The position numbers were made by a program, and so were the translations under genes. From positions 4,349-68,348 of the forward strand of contig CAYOCD010000001.1 of NCBI GenBank assembly GCA_964402425.1: DNA of 64,000 nucleotides, read 5' to 3'. Under the pieces are notes generated by a model, which had not been told where the DNA came from, made no database searches, and saw nothing but the letters and a program-made list of their open reading frames with translations. Every line of letters starts with the position of its first letter. The stretch's first letter is position 1. Positions 38,274 to 47,040 of the stretch are shown here, one piece after another. Source of the stretch: an uncultured Gammaproteobacteria bacterium (GTDB lineage: Bacteria > Patescibacteriota > Patescibacteriia > UBA9934 > GWF2-40-263).

Positions 38274-38822
38274 CTATGGAATTAAATAGAGATAGATCGT
38301 CTCTTTTCCCACTTTTTTTGTTGCTTTTAACGGGAGAGTTGGAAATAAAAACGTACGTGAAACAACACGTGTTCCAGACGGATAATCACGCATCAAAAGC
38401 GGTTCGAGCTTAGCGTTGACTTCAGGAAACAAATAAGAAGAAATAACATCTGCCTTTGGTAACGGCGCTCCATTCAAAAAGTTTTCACGGCGAAACTCCA
38501 CATGCTTTGAAACACCTGCGAGCATCGCACGCATCTTTGCGTAAAGAACGAGCAGACGCAAATATTCAAACCCAATCCCCTTTGCACCAAAATCTTTTGC
38601 CGCCTCAATCACAATCGCACCGTCTCCGGATCCATAATCCACAACAACCTCCCCCGGCTTTACTTCCGCAAGTTCCATCATCGCTTTTGAAAACGGTTTG
38701 TTTGATCGCACAAATGGAACTCCAAAAATTCCACGCACAAGCAAATATAAAATGATTCCAAAAAGACACAAAAGTAAAAATTGAATAAACACCATGATTC
38801 CGATCACAACAGAGGTCAACAT
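38274..38822 (-). CDS. Membrane-anchored class I SAM methyltransferase (FAM173-like)
   Basis: TM helix, GVPFVRS, DYGSGDG, YLFP and GTRVVS..F. Confidence 0.85.
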   Translation of the reverse strand: MLTSVVIGIMVFIQFLLLCLFGIILYLLVRGIFGVPFVRSNKPFSKAMMELAEVKPGEVVVDYGSGDGAIVIEAAKDFGAKGIGFEYLRLLVLYAKMRAMLAGVSKHVEFRRENFLNGAPLPKADVISSYLFPEVNAKLEPLLMRDYPSGTRVVSRTFLFPTLPLKATKKVGKETIYLYLIP

Positions 38823-38830
38823 ACGCAGAA

Positions 38831-40237
38831 TTATTCAAGAGTTAATTGAGACGCGGCATCACGGACAGCTTCTGAATACGTAGGAAATGCATGAATCATT
38901 TCGGCGAGTTTATCAATGGAAAGATTCGCATACAAAGCAAGCGAAACCTCATGGATCATCTCTCCGGCATGCGGTCCGATAATGGATCCCCCAAGGATTT
39001 TGCGTGTCTTTGGATGTGCAACCAATTTTACAATACCCTTTGGGGCATGATCTGCAATGGATCTTCCAAGAGATTGCATTTCTGCGCGCCCGACAAGCAC
39101 AGAACCAAATCGTGTTTTAACGTTTTCAGCTGTTACTCCCACACTCGCAAATTCCGGTTCCACAAACGTCACACGAGGAGCTACTCGTTCATCGAGGAAC
39201 ATTTTTTTTGATCGTTTATTAAGGGCAACAAGGGCAGCATTGTATCCAGCAATAAACCCTTCATGCTGTGCCGTACTTGTAAGCATCAAGCCTCCACAAA
39301 CATCCCCTGCAGCAAAAATATGTTTTTTATTTGTTTGCTGTTCTTTTGAGACAACAACGGTTCCGGATGCGTCAAGTTTAAGAGATGCTGCCTCAAAACC
39401 GTTTACGCACGAACGCTTTCCTGTTGCCACAACGATTTGCTCAACCGCATGCATCGTCTTGATTCCCTGAACATCCGTATAAACACCATACACACCCCCG
39501 CGTCCATCAACAATATTTGACACGCTCGCTCCGGTCACAACATCTACCCCCATCGCACGCAATCGCTCTTCTACAAAGCGCGCACACTCTTCATCTTCCC
39601 GAGAAAGCAATCGAGCATTCCGTTGAATCAAGACGATACGTGTTCCGAATGTTGCATAAAATGTTGCAATCTCACATGCGGCAGGACCGCCGCCAATAAT
39701 CGCAAGCGCTTTGGGTTGGCGCTTTTTTGACAAGGCATCATACCAATGCCAAAAATGCACTTGATCTAGTCCTGGAATATCCGGAATAAAATCTTTTGAA
39801 CCTGTTGCGATCACAATCGCTTTCCCATCAAGACGCAGGTCATCAACCATCATTGTATGTTCATCATCAAACACAGCCGATCCATACACAACATCAACGT
39901 GTAAATCTTTAAGGAACTGTTCATATCGCCCACCATGGACACCACCACCTGTCATTTTATCAACAACACGATCGCGATATTTCATGAGATCTTCAAACTG
40001 AAACGCAACAGGACCACACGTAACACCGAATGTTTTGATTTCTTGTGCATGACGATACGCATGTGCAGCGGCAAGCAACGCCTTTGAAGGAATACAGGCA
40101 AGATTCGGACTCTCTCCCCCAAGCTTTCCTTTTTCAACAATACAAACAGATGCCCCTAAAGAGGAAGCAGCTTCCGCAGCCGAAAATCCGGCGGATCCTG
40201 AACCAATCACGATAACGTCGTACGTTTTTTTCGCCAT
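38831..40237 (-). CDS. Flavoprotein disulfide reductase family protein (Lpd/MerA-like, atypical active site)
   Basis: IGSGSAG, GGESPNLACIPSK, IATGS, IGGG, AAGD and IHAFPTYSE. Confidence 0.9.
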   Translation of the reverse strand: MAKKTYDVIVIGSGSAGFSAAEAASSLGASVCIVEKGKLGGESPNLACIPSKALLAAAHAYRHAQEIKTFGVTCGPVAFQFEDLMKYRDRVVDKMTGGGVHGGRYEQFLKDLHVDVVYGSAVFDDEHTMMVDDLRLDGKAIVIATGSKDFIPDIPGLDQVHFWHWYDALSKKRQPKALAIIGGGPAACEIATFYATFGTRIVLIQRNARLLSREDEECARFVEERLRAMGVDVVTGASVSNIVDGRGGVYGVYTDVQGIKTMHAVEQIVVATGKRSCVNGFEAASLKLDASGTVVVSKEQQTNKKHIFAAGDVCGGLMLTSTAQHEGFIAGYNAALVALNKRSKKMFLDERVAPRVTFVEPEFASVGVTAENVKTRFGSVLVGRAEMQSLGRSIADHAPKGIVKLVAHPKTRKILGGSIIGPHAGEMIHEVSLALYANLSIDKLAEMIHAFPTYSEAVRDAASQLTLE

Positions 40238-40245
40238 ACGTAAGA

Positions 40246-41247
40246 TTACGGTTGAAATAGTTTCTTCGCTTCATTCCATAATCTGTCTTCTCTGTGTTGT
40301 TTCAAATATACCCACCACTCCGCACCCCAAAGATACACTTCTGGGACATGCATTTCTTTTACGAATTGAATATTCTCTGCAAAATCTTTCGCGGAAAAAA
40401 CATGATACCAATCATCAACCGAACGTTCTCGTATATCTTCCGAAAACCACGGTTCTGCCTGCAACTCTGAAACAAGAACTTGTTTACCAGACCACTGAAT
40501 CGGCCACGTACGCAGACGATACATAAACGGCGAGAGTGGGTACGTCAAATACCCAAACACATTATTCCATGTCTTTCGATAAACAGAAATACCAATTCCA
40601 TCACCAAACGCGGCCGTAGGTCCCCATGGACCAAGCTCCCCACTTGCCGTTACTTGAATCGGGTGCGAATCAAGAGAACGCACAAGATCAATCTCTTTTT
40701 TCAAATCTTCTTTTTGTATTTGTTCGCATACACCAAACGGAAGGAACGGCTCATTTTCAACCTGCCAACGTTCCAAGGCGGTGGAAGATCGATACCGCAT
40801 CACAACCGTTTTAATCATGTCTTCCGTTTCTTGTTGTCGTTCTTTCTTTGAAAGTTTTTGTGCCCAGTTTGGAATAAAACATTCTGGCCAACGCGGAACT
40901 TTTTGACCAATCACAAGCGTCAATTTCACATGTTTCTGTTCTGAATACGCAACGAGTTGATCAAGTTGATTCCAATCAAATCGATCTTGATCCGGTTCAA
41001 TATCTGGCCAATACACAGGCAGACGCACCGCACGCACACCAAGTTCCTCCACAAGATCCTCATACGTTTTTATCACATCAAGTCCAAGATGCCACGCATA
41101 AACCGTTGAATAGGTCACGCCAAATCGTACGGGTTTTGACGCAGATTCACGCATCCAAAACGAAACATACACAAACAAAAACAATCCCATCACAACAAGG
41201 GCGACCAAGATTGCCATGCGAATAATCTGCCAAGGAACCTTCTTCAC
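40246..41247 (-). CDS. Membrane-anchored glycoside hydrolase, clan GH-A
   Basis: VRLPVYW, KVPRWPEC, QVENEP acid/base and SELQAEPW nucleophile. Confidence 0.8.
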   Translation of the reverse strand: MKKVPWQIIRMAILVALVVMGLFLFVYVSFWMRESASKPVRFGVTYSTVYAWHLGLDVIKTYEDLVEELGVRAVRLPVYWPDIEPDQDRFDWNQLDQLVAYSEQKHVKLTLVIGQKVPRWPECFIPNWAQKLSKKERQQETEDMIKTVVMRYRSSTALERWQVENEPFLPFGVCEQIQKEDLKKEIDLVRSLDSHPIQVTASGELGPWGPTAAFGDGIGISVYRKTWNNVFGYLTYPLSPFMYRLRTWPIQWSGKQVLVSELQAEPWFSEDIRERSVDDWYHVFSAKDFAENIQFVKEMHVPEVYLWGAEWWVYLKQHREDRLWNEAKKLFQP

Positions 41248-41283
41248 AAGTTTAAGAAGAGCATGTGTGCCCTGAAAAACAAA

Positions 41284-42870
41284 TTAAATCTCTTCCCGCT
41301 TCTCACGCAAAAACGCGAGCCAGTTTTCAATAAGTTCCACCAGTGCCTTGAACGGTGCTTCGATGATGAAGTCAAAAAAGAACAAGAAGATGTTTACGCG
41401 TGGCGCACGAATAGAAATCCAACGTCCCGCACGAATCATGGGAAGAAACAAGATATCACCAAGAATCAGAAAGAATCCGCGATGGTTCTCAATCAAGAGA
41501 AGATCTCTGCGCGTGTTGCGAATACGGATTCCAAAATAGGCAACAAGGGAAAGGAAGAAAATGAAAAATGTAATGGAGAGCGGATTAAATCCAAACTTAC
41601 GCAAGAACAAGGAAATAAGAATAATCACCGCCATGAAAACAACCGTGTACAATCCGTGAAAGATCCACCACAACACCCCGTACGCTTTTTGTTTCTTTTG
41701 TTTAAACACAAAGGTTGTTTCTTCTCCAAGCCCCAAAAATGCATGCAACTCTGTCAGAATATCTGCTGTGTTTTTCTTTTCCGGAATATGCACACTCAAT
41801 CCGATGAGAGCAAGAAGGAACGGAGGGAACAGAATATTTACCATGAGAGGCAAATAGTACGTTGATTGCAGGATCAAAATTTCATATGGGTATTCAACCA
41901 AAAAGGCAAGAATACTCTTTGTTAACAGCAAAAAGAACGCGGCACGAAACACAGTGCGCACAAGTTTAGATCGGAATTTTCCATAACGTTCTTTTGCAGC
42001 TGCTGTAATCGCTTTATCGATCGATTTTTCATCCGATGCAGAAAGAGCGTTTTGAAACGCTTCTGGATTATCTTGTGCAACATCCGCAATCAATCGAAAA
42101 ACAACCGCATGACGACGTACAAATCGATAAATAGCATCTCCACTTTCATGTTTCAATTCTTTCTCTACCGAGGAATAGACCTTTCGGAAATTCATGGCGA
42201 CTTCTTGCACAACGGCATCGCTTGCGTTTGCTGTACGCCATTTTGGATAATAAAGTGTAAAAATACGATAACGAATCGTTGCCTCATTCGATTTCAATAA
42301 TGCACGATGAACAGCAATATAGAGTTGCAAATCTCGATCCGCCTCTTCTACCATTTTTGTTTGCCAATTTGTGCGAGATCGCATGACTTGATAGGCATAA
42401 CTCGCAAGAGCCTCATCAATACAAGGTGGTCCAACAAGATATTCAATTTCGGTTGAAAGAACATCGAGCAGCCAATCATATTGTTCTTGATCTTCTTTTG
42501 TATTTTCTGAGAGACCCGCAAACAACATTTTATACTTTTCAAACACATCCGCCACCGTCTGAATCATGGCGTTTGGTATTTTGTTGTTAGGAAGATAGTG
42601 CGCCCAAATCAACTCACGAATGAGTTTTGTGGCGAGTTGTTTGGAATCCGAGTCCCCTAATCGACGCTTTAAAATTCTGCGTGTTGCATTGCGTCGCAAC
42701 AAATGCTCTTCATCGTATTCAAGTGTGTTTCTAACAGTTTCATAAATCGAAACAGCCACGGAAACCGTTTCAGAAACACTGATGACATCTTCGGTTGTTG
42801 CATCATCTTCTGCTTCACGGCGCATTTGTGCGACAGTAGCAAGGAGATGCTGAAGGGCTTTTTGTTCCAT
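41284..42870 (-). CDS. Conserved CPR membrane protein
   Basis: YE..RN.LEY.EEHLLRR.A..RILKR N terminus; four C-terminal TM helices; FDFIIEAPFK. Confidence 0.8.
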   Translation of the reverse strand: MEQKALQHLLATVAQMRREAEDDATTEDVISVSETVSVAVSIYETVRNTLEYDEEHLLRRNATRRILKRRLGDSDSKQLATKLIRELIWAHYLPNNKIPNAMIQTVADVFEKYKMLFAGLSENTKEDQEQYDWLLDVLSTEIEYLVGPPCIDEALASYAYQVMRSRTNWQTKMVEEADRDLQLYIAVHRALLKSNEATIRYRIFTLYYPKWRTANASDAVVQEVAMNFRKVYSSVEKELKHESGDAIYRFVRRHAVVFRLIADVAQDNPEAFQNALSASDEKSIDKAITAAAKERYGKFRSKLVRTVFRAAFFLLLTKSILAFLVEYPYEILILQSTYYLPLMVNILFPPFLLALIGLSVHIPEKKNTADILTELHAFLGLGEETTFVFKQKKQKAYGVLWWIFHGLYTVVFMAVIILISLFLRKFGFNPLSITFFIFFLSLVAYFGIRIRNTRRDLLLIENHRGFFLILGDILFLPMIRAGRWISIRAPRVNIFLFFFDFIIEAPFKALVELIENWLAFLREKREEI

Positions 42871-42889
42871 ACAGGAAAGGCGGAGATCC

Positions 42890-44239
42890 TTAAACAATTA
42901 ACGGCAACTTTCTGATTTCACTCATTCTACCTAACACGATATCTTCGATACGATACGTTCCGTGCGTTGGTGCTTGCACAAATCCATTCCACGCCATACG
43001 CGCAACTCCCCCCGAATCAATCCAGTCAAAAAGCCACTCATCTGTATATGCGGGATCATTTTGAGAAATACCACCCCCAACATACTGAAGCCATGTCCGA
43101 TTAAATTCTTCTTGAGAACCAATGGGAGGTGCCATAATGACAGCTATTCCAAGCCCTGTATAAAACGAGAGTTCAGAAGGCTTTGTCCAAAGAATATCTG
43201 TTGTTTTGAGAAGTTCGTTGAATCCGGAAAAATAAGCATCGCGCGAATCAAATTCAGGTACACAAATCCATGTACCAAGATACTTCTTGAGTCCCGCCGC
43301 AACCACGGCATCGCGATAAAATTTGGCTGTATCTTTTCGGAGTCCTGCAACCAAATTCACACGAATTTTCCCTTGCGCTATTTTATTCTTTAAACTATTC
43401 AACAATTTTACACCGAGCTGACGCTGCGCCCCTGCTCCTCCAACGCTATACGTAAGCGTAAGTGGGTGCGACGTTTTATCAATAACACAACGCGCTGTTC
43501 CCAATTCTGCGCGAAGTGATTTTGCGTGAACATCGGTAAAAATGCCTTGTGGATCAAGGTTACACAATCGATGAGACAATAAATCTTTCAGAATACCTGC
43601 CGTTCCTCCCCCAATAAGTTCTTTTGGGAGGGGGAAACCTGTCAAAAAAATATTTTCATCCCGCACGCCATACAACTTCAATCGCTCAACAACACGTCCG
43701 TTACTCGCAAAATATTTAATGCGACTGCGTTTTGGATCAAGAGGTGCCCATGCGCGTGAAATGTCTGCGTCTGTGGCAACACACCAAATGTCTCCTGGGT
43801 AATTATAATAATCTGCACAGAATGCAGGGATAAAAAATGTGGTGACGAGCGGCATTGGTTTCTCCGCGAGTTTTGCGATCAAATGCTTTCCCAGCCCTTT
43901 TTTGATCATGCGATAAATTTGTGTCAGCTGTAAATTGGGTTTAGAAAGATCACGACGTGGATAAAACGGTGCGATTTGCTGCCAACGATCAAACGCATCA
44001 AACAACATATCACCAACAACCGGCACAGGTTTCAGACGAGAAACCGCTTCATACAGTTCTCTGCTCTCTTTCCAAAGTTTTTTATCAAGATCTGGAATAC
44101 CCACATAATCATTTGCGGACAAAACGGACCCCCCAGACAAATCTTTAAGCGCATGCGCCGCACGACTGTGTCCGTATCCCATATTAACGTCCACGACCCA
44201 TGCGTCGACAGATCCTTGTGTGTGTGAATGCATTTTCAT
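42890..44239 (-). CDS. GT-B fold glycosyltransferase-like protein (MGDG synthase-like, CPR family)
   Basis: MGYGHSRAA..L, TDAD, TGFP, GGAG, DILWTKPSEL and PIGSQE..N. Confidence 0.75.
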   Translation of the reverse strand: MKMHSHTQGSVDAWVVDVNMGYGHSRAAHALKDLSGGSVLSANDYVGIPDLDKKLWKESRELYEAVSRLKPVPVVGDMLFDAFDRWQQIAPFYPRRDLSKPNLQLTQIYRMIKKGLGKHLIAKLAEKPMPLVTTFFIPAFCADYYNYPGDIWCVATDADISRAWAPLDPKRSRIKYFASNGRVVERLKLYGVRDENIFLTGFPLPKELIGGGTAGILKDLLSHRLCNLDPQGIFTDVHAKSLRAELGTARCVIDKTSHPLTLTYSVGGAGAQRQLGVKLLNSLKNKIAQGKIRVNLVAGLRKDTAKFYRDAVVAAGLKKYLGTWICVPEFDSRDAYFSGFNELLKTTDILWTKPSELSFYTGLGIAVIMAPPIGSQEEFNRTWLQYVGGGISQNDPAYTDEWLFDWIDSGGVARMAWNGFVQAPTHGTYRIEDIVLGRMSEIRKLPLIV

Positions 44240-44240
44240 A

Positions 44241-44963
44241 CTAAAAGATCGTGCGCTCCTCTGAACAAGAAACAATTTTATAAGCCTCTTCAACAGTATC
44301 AACAATCTGAACAAGTTCAACATCTACATGAGAAACAGTTTGAAATTGATCACGCGGTACAGCCTTAATCCAATCAAATAGTCCGTCCCAAAATTCTTTT
44401 CCAACGCAAACAACGGGAGTTTTTTGCATTTTTCCTGTTTGAATCAATGTGACGATTTCAAAAAATTCATCCAGCGTTCCAAATCCACCCGGAAAAAAAA
44501 CATATGCTTGTGCTGACGCAGCCATCACAACTTTACGTGAAAAAAAATAATGAAACGCATGCCCTTTATTTACATACGGATTCAAATGTTGTTCTTTTGG
44601 AAGTAAAATATTAAACCCAACAGAAATACCCCCCGCTTTTGCCGCACCTTTGTTTCCAGCTTCCATGATTCCAGGACCACCCCCGGTAATAATTGTAAAT
44701 CCGTTTTTTGCTAATTTTTCTCCCAACTCTTCTGCAAATTTATACCAATGGCTTTCGGGTTTAACTTGTGTCCCTCCCCAAAAAGTTACTTCTTTTGACG
44801 TTTCGGAAAGAAGTTGAAATCCCTCTACAAATTCAGACATGATGCGTAAAATACGCCAAGACATTTCATGAATACTTGTTGGCTCTGTTCCATTGTGTTT
44901 TTCTGAAAGACTAAGCGGAAGACGCACACATTTATCTTGATTTTTTTTCTTTTTTTGAAACAT
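44241..44963 (-). CDS. LOG family nucleotide phosphoribohydrolase (TIGR00730)
   Basis: TGGGPGIMEA and FPGGFGTLDE. Confidence 0.93.
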   Translation of the reverse strand: MFQKKKKNQDKCVRLPLSLSEKHNGTEPTSIHEMSWRILRIMSEFVEGFQLLSETSKEVTFWGGTQVKPESHWYKFAEELGEKLAKNGFTIITGGGPGIMEAGNKGAAKAGGISVGFNILLPKEQHLNPYVNKGHAFHYFFSRKVVMAASAQAYVFFPGGFGTLDEFFEIVTLIQTGKMQKTPVVCVGKEFWDGLFDWIKAVPRDQFQTVSHVDVELVQIVDTVEEAYKIVSCSEERTIF

Positions 44964-45000
44964 ATACGTTCAATTTTATCACAGATAACCCAAAAGAACC

Positions 45001-45528
45001 CTACGGGGCTGTGGACACCCCGTGTGGTTTTGCAAGAAAACTCATAAGCACAACAGACTTCTCTTTATCATTTACAGAAAGATCTTTTGTTTCATCAAAT
45101 ATTCCGTCACCATCATCACTTACGAGCTCAGCATAATAAACATGATCCGCCTGAAGTTTGTCTGTAATTTTGACGCGTTCTCCCTCAACACGTCCACGAA
45201 GCACATCAGAAACTCCAATAATATTTCCTGGCATCCCATTTTCATCGGCACGAACAGTAATAAATCCAGGTTTTGCGAAAACAGCATAGCCAACCAAAAC
45301 AACAGACTCTCCAGATGATTGATCTACAAGATAAATTGCATGATCCCCATTTTGAAGCATTTCTTCTGCATTCTGTTCACGTGAAACAGGAAGGGATTCT
45401 TCTGCCGTCTGTGACGGGGCTGGAATTTCTTGTGATTTTGTTGCAGGTTGCAAAAGAGACGCAATCACCAAAATCATCACAAGAATAAAGAAAAAGATCC
45501 AGGTTTTAGGCAATGTGGCACTTCTCAT
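45001..45528 (-). CDS. Membrane-anchored hypothetical protein
   Basis: N-terminal TM; PG.IIGVS and DDGDGIFDET.D. Confidence 0.7.
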   Translation of the reverse strand: MRSATLPKTWIFFFILVMILVIASLLQPATKSQEIPAPSQTAEESLPVSREQNAEEMLQNGDHAIYLVDQSSGESVVLVGYAVFAKPGFITVRADENGMPGNIIGVSDVLRGRVEGERVKITDKLQADHVYYAELVSDDGDGIFDETKDLSVNDKEKSVVLMSFLAKPHGVSTAP

Positions 45529-45612
45529 ATATCTGACAGAATAACATAGAGACCCGCTCTGGACAAAAAATCAGGCATTCGCTATACTCCTCACGAATCT
45601 TAACCTTATTCT

Positions 45613-45861
45613 ATGTCGAAATCCTGTTTAATCACTGGCAAAAAAACAATTTCTGGATTTCACGTTTCGCACTCAAATGTTCACGCAAAACGCAAAATGT
45701 TTGCAAACTTGTCAAAGCGAAGCTTGAAAAATCCAGCAACGGGAAGAATGGTCACTATTACCATCTCCATGCGAGGACTCCGAACCCTCAGAAAGTGGGA
45801 CCGTGAAGGAAAAATGTATGACTTGGCTGAAATGAAAAAAGTTGCAGCTATGTGTGCATAA
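45613..45861 (+). CDS. rpmB: 50S ribosomal protein L28
   Basis: MSKSCLITGKK..SG..VSHSN..KR...NL...S.RGLRTL. Confidence 0.95.
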   Translation: MSKSCLITGKKTISGFHVSHSNVHAKRKMFANLSKRSLKNPATGRMVTITISMRGLRTLRKWDREGKMYDLAEMKKVAAMCA

Positions 45862-45865
45862 ATTT

Positions 45866-45892
45866 AAACCCCTGACATTTGTCAGGGGTTTT
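45866..45892 (+). terminator. rpmB terminator
   Basis: AAACCCCTGACA-TT-TGTCAGGGGTTTTT. Confidence 0.8.
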
Positions 45893-45910
45893 TAAATTCA
45901 AAACGGATAC

Positions 45911-45936
45911 ATCACGTCGCTCGCGAGCGACGTGAT
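45911..45936. repeat. Perfect 26-bp palindrome
   Basis: ATCACGTCGCTCGCGAGCGACGTGAT. Confidence 0.8.
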
Positions 45937-45990
45937 AAAAAAACCACCAGTTATCTGGTGGTAAAAAAATTTTTTTTCTTTGAAGAAAGT

Positions 45991-46887
45991 CTATCTTCCT
46001 GGCAATTCAACGGAGGAGTATGGCAATTGGCTTGGTGAGCTTCCGTCGTCCCATTTAACCGTAACGGTTGAATCATCAAAAGCGGTTACCTTACCACTGT
46101 AGTAGCTCCCATTGTTCCATTTTGCAAGAACACTCTGACCAATAGAAATTGAGCTGTTTGGTTGGTTTAAGTGTGCAACGTTTATAGGTGGCAAGACTTC
46201 GTCGCTTCCATCATCGTAATGCACATAGACCTCATCGCCAGAAACCTTGGTTATTTTACCTGGATACCAACGCGATCCACCTTTCCAACGGCCCAAAATA
46301 TTTTCTCCAACTTTAAAAGTCGCTGTTGCTGCCGAATCTTTCTCTGTATCAGCTGGTAATGATTCATCAGTCTCTACCGATGTTGCCACAGCTCCGCCAA
46401 GTGCCGCAACGACTTTGTCTGCAAATGCCTCGTCACCAGCTTTCCAGTTTGACACGACAGCGTGCGTTGCGTCACCTGGGAGCCAGGCAATACGTGCGGA
46501 CGATGAAAGTTTTTGGAGTGTTTCGTATTGCTCTTTAATCTCTGCAACAACAGTTGCAAGATCTGACGGGGATTTAACCGCAACAACAAGCAAACGTACA
46601 CTTCCGTCACCTTCCGTAAATCTGAACTTAGTCGCTGCTGAAATTTTAGCAGCTGTTTTCATTTTTTCAGCATCCTTTTCAGGTTCTTCATCGTATTTTT
46701 CAATGTTTGCCGCCGCAAGACTGCCGTGAACGAATGCCAAATAGGCATCAGAGCCTGCCGGGACTTGTGCAGCAGGTTGCGACGATTGGGGTGGAGTCTG
46801 CGCCGTATTAGATACTGGCGCTTTTGAACAACCCGCACCGACGAACAACATCGACCCGATCAGCAAGAAGAAAATTTTATTTTTCAT
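45991..46887 (-). CDS. Lipoprotein with tandem C-terminal Tudor/Agenet-like domains
   Basis: LFVGAGC lipobox; two repeats of G..(I/V)L(G/A).W....(W/Y)Y.GK(I/V)T......V.(Y/W)DDGS. Confidence 0.8.
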   Translation of the reverse strand: MKNKIFFLLIGSMLFVGAGCSKAPVSNTAQTPPQSSQPAAQVPAGSDAYLAFVHGSLAAANIEKYDEEPEKDAEKMKTAAKISAATKFRFTEGDGSVRLLVVAVKSPSDLATVVAEIKEQYETLQKLSSSARIAWLPGDATHAVVSNWKAGDEAFADKVVAALGGAVATSVETDESLPADTEKDSAATATFKVGENILGRWKGGSRWYPGKITKVSGDEVYVHYDDGSDEVLPPINVAHLNQPNSSISIGQSVLAKWNNGSYYSGKVTAFDDSTVTVKWDDGSSPSQLPYSSVELPGR

Positions 46888-47040
46888 AAAATAATTAGGA
46901 ATGATACCTCATTCTATAAAACCCGATCAAATAAAACAAGCCTATTCTTGCTTCCATGTGTGCATAAAAAAATCTCGACACTTCGTCAAGATTTTTTATT
47001 CTCTTCCCTTCAAAACCTTTCCGCCTTCTCCGCCCTTCCC

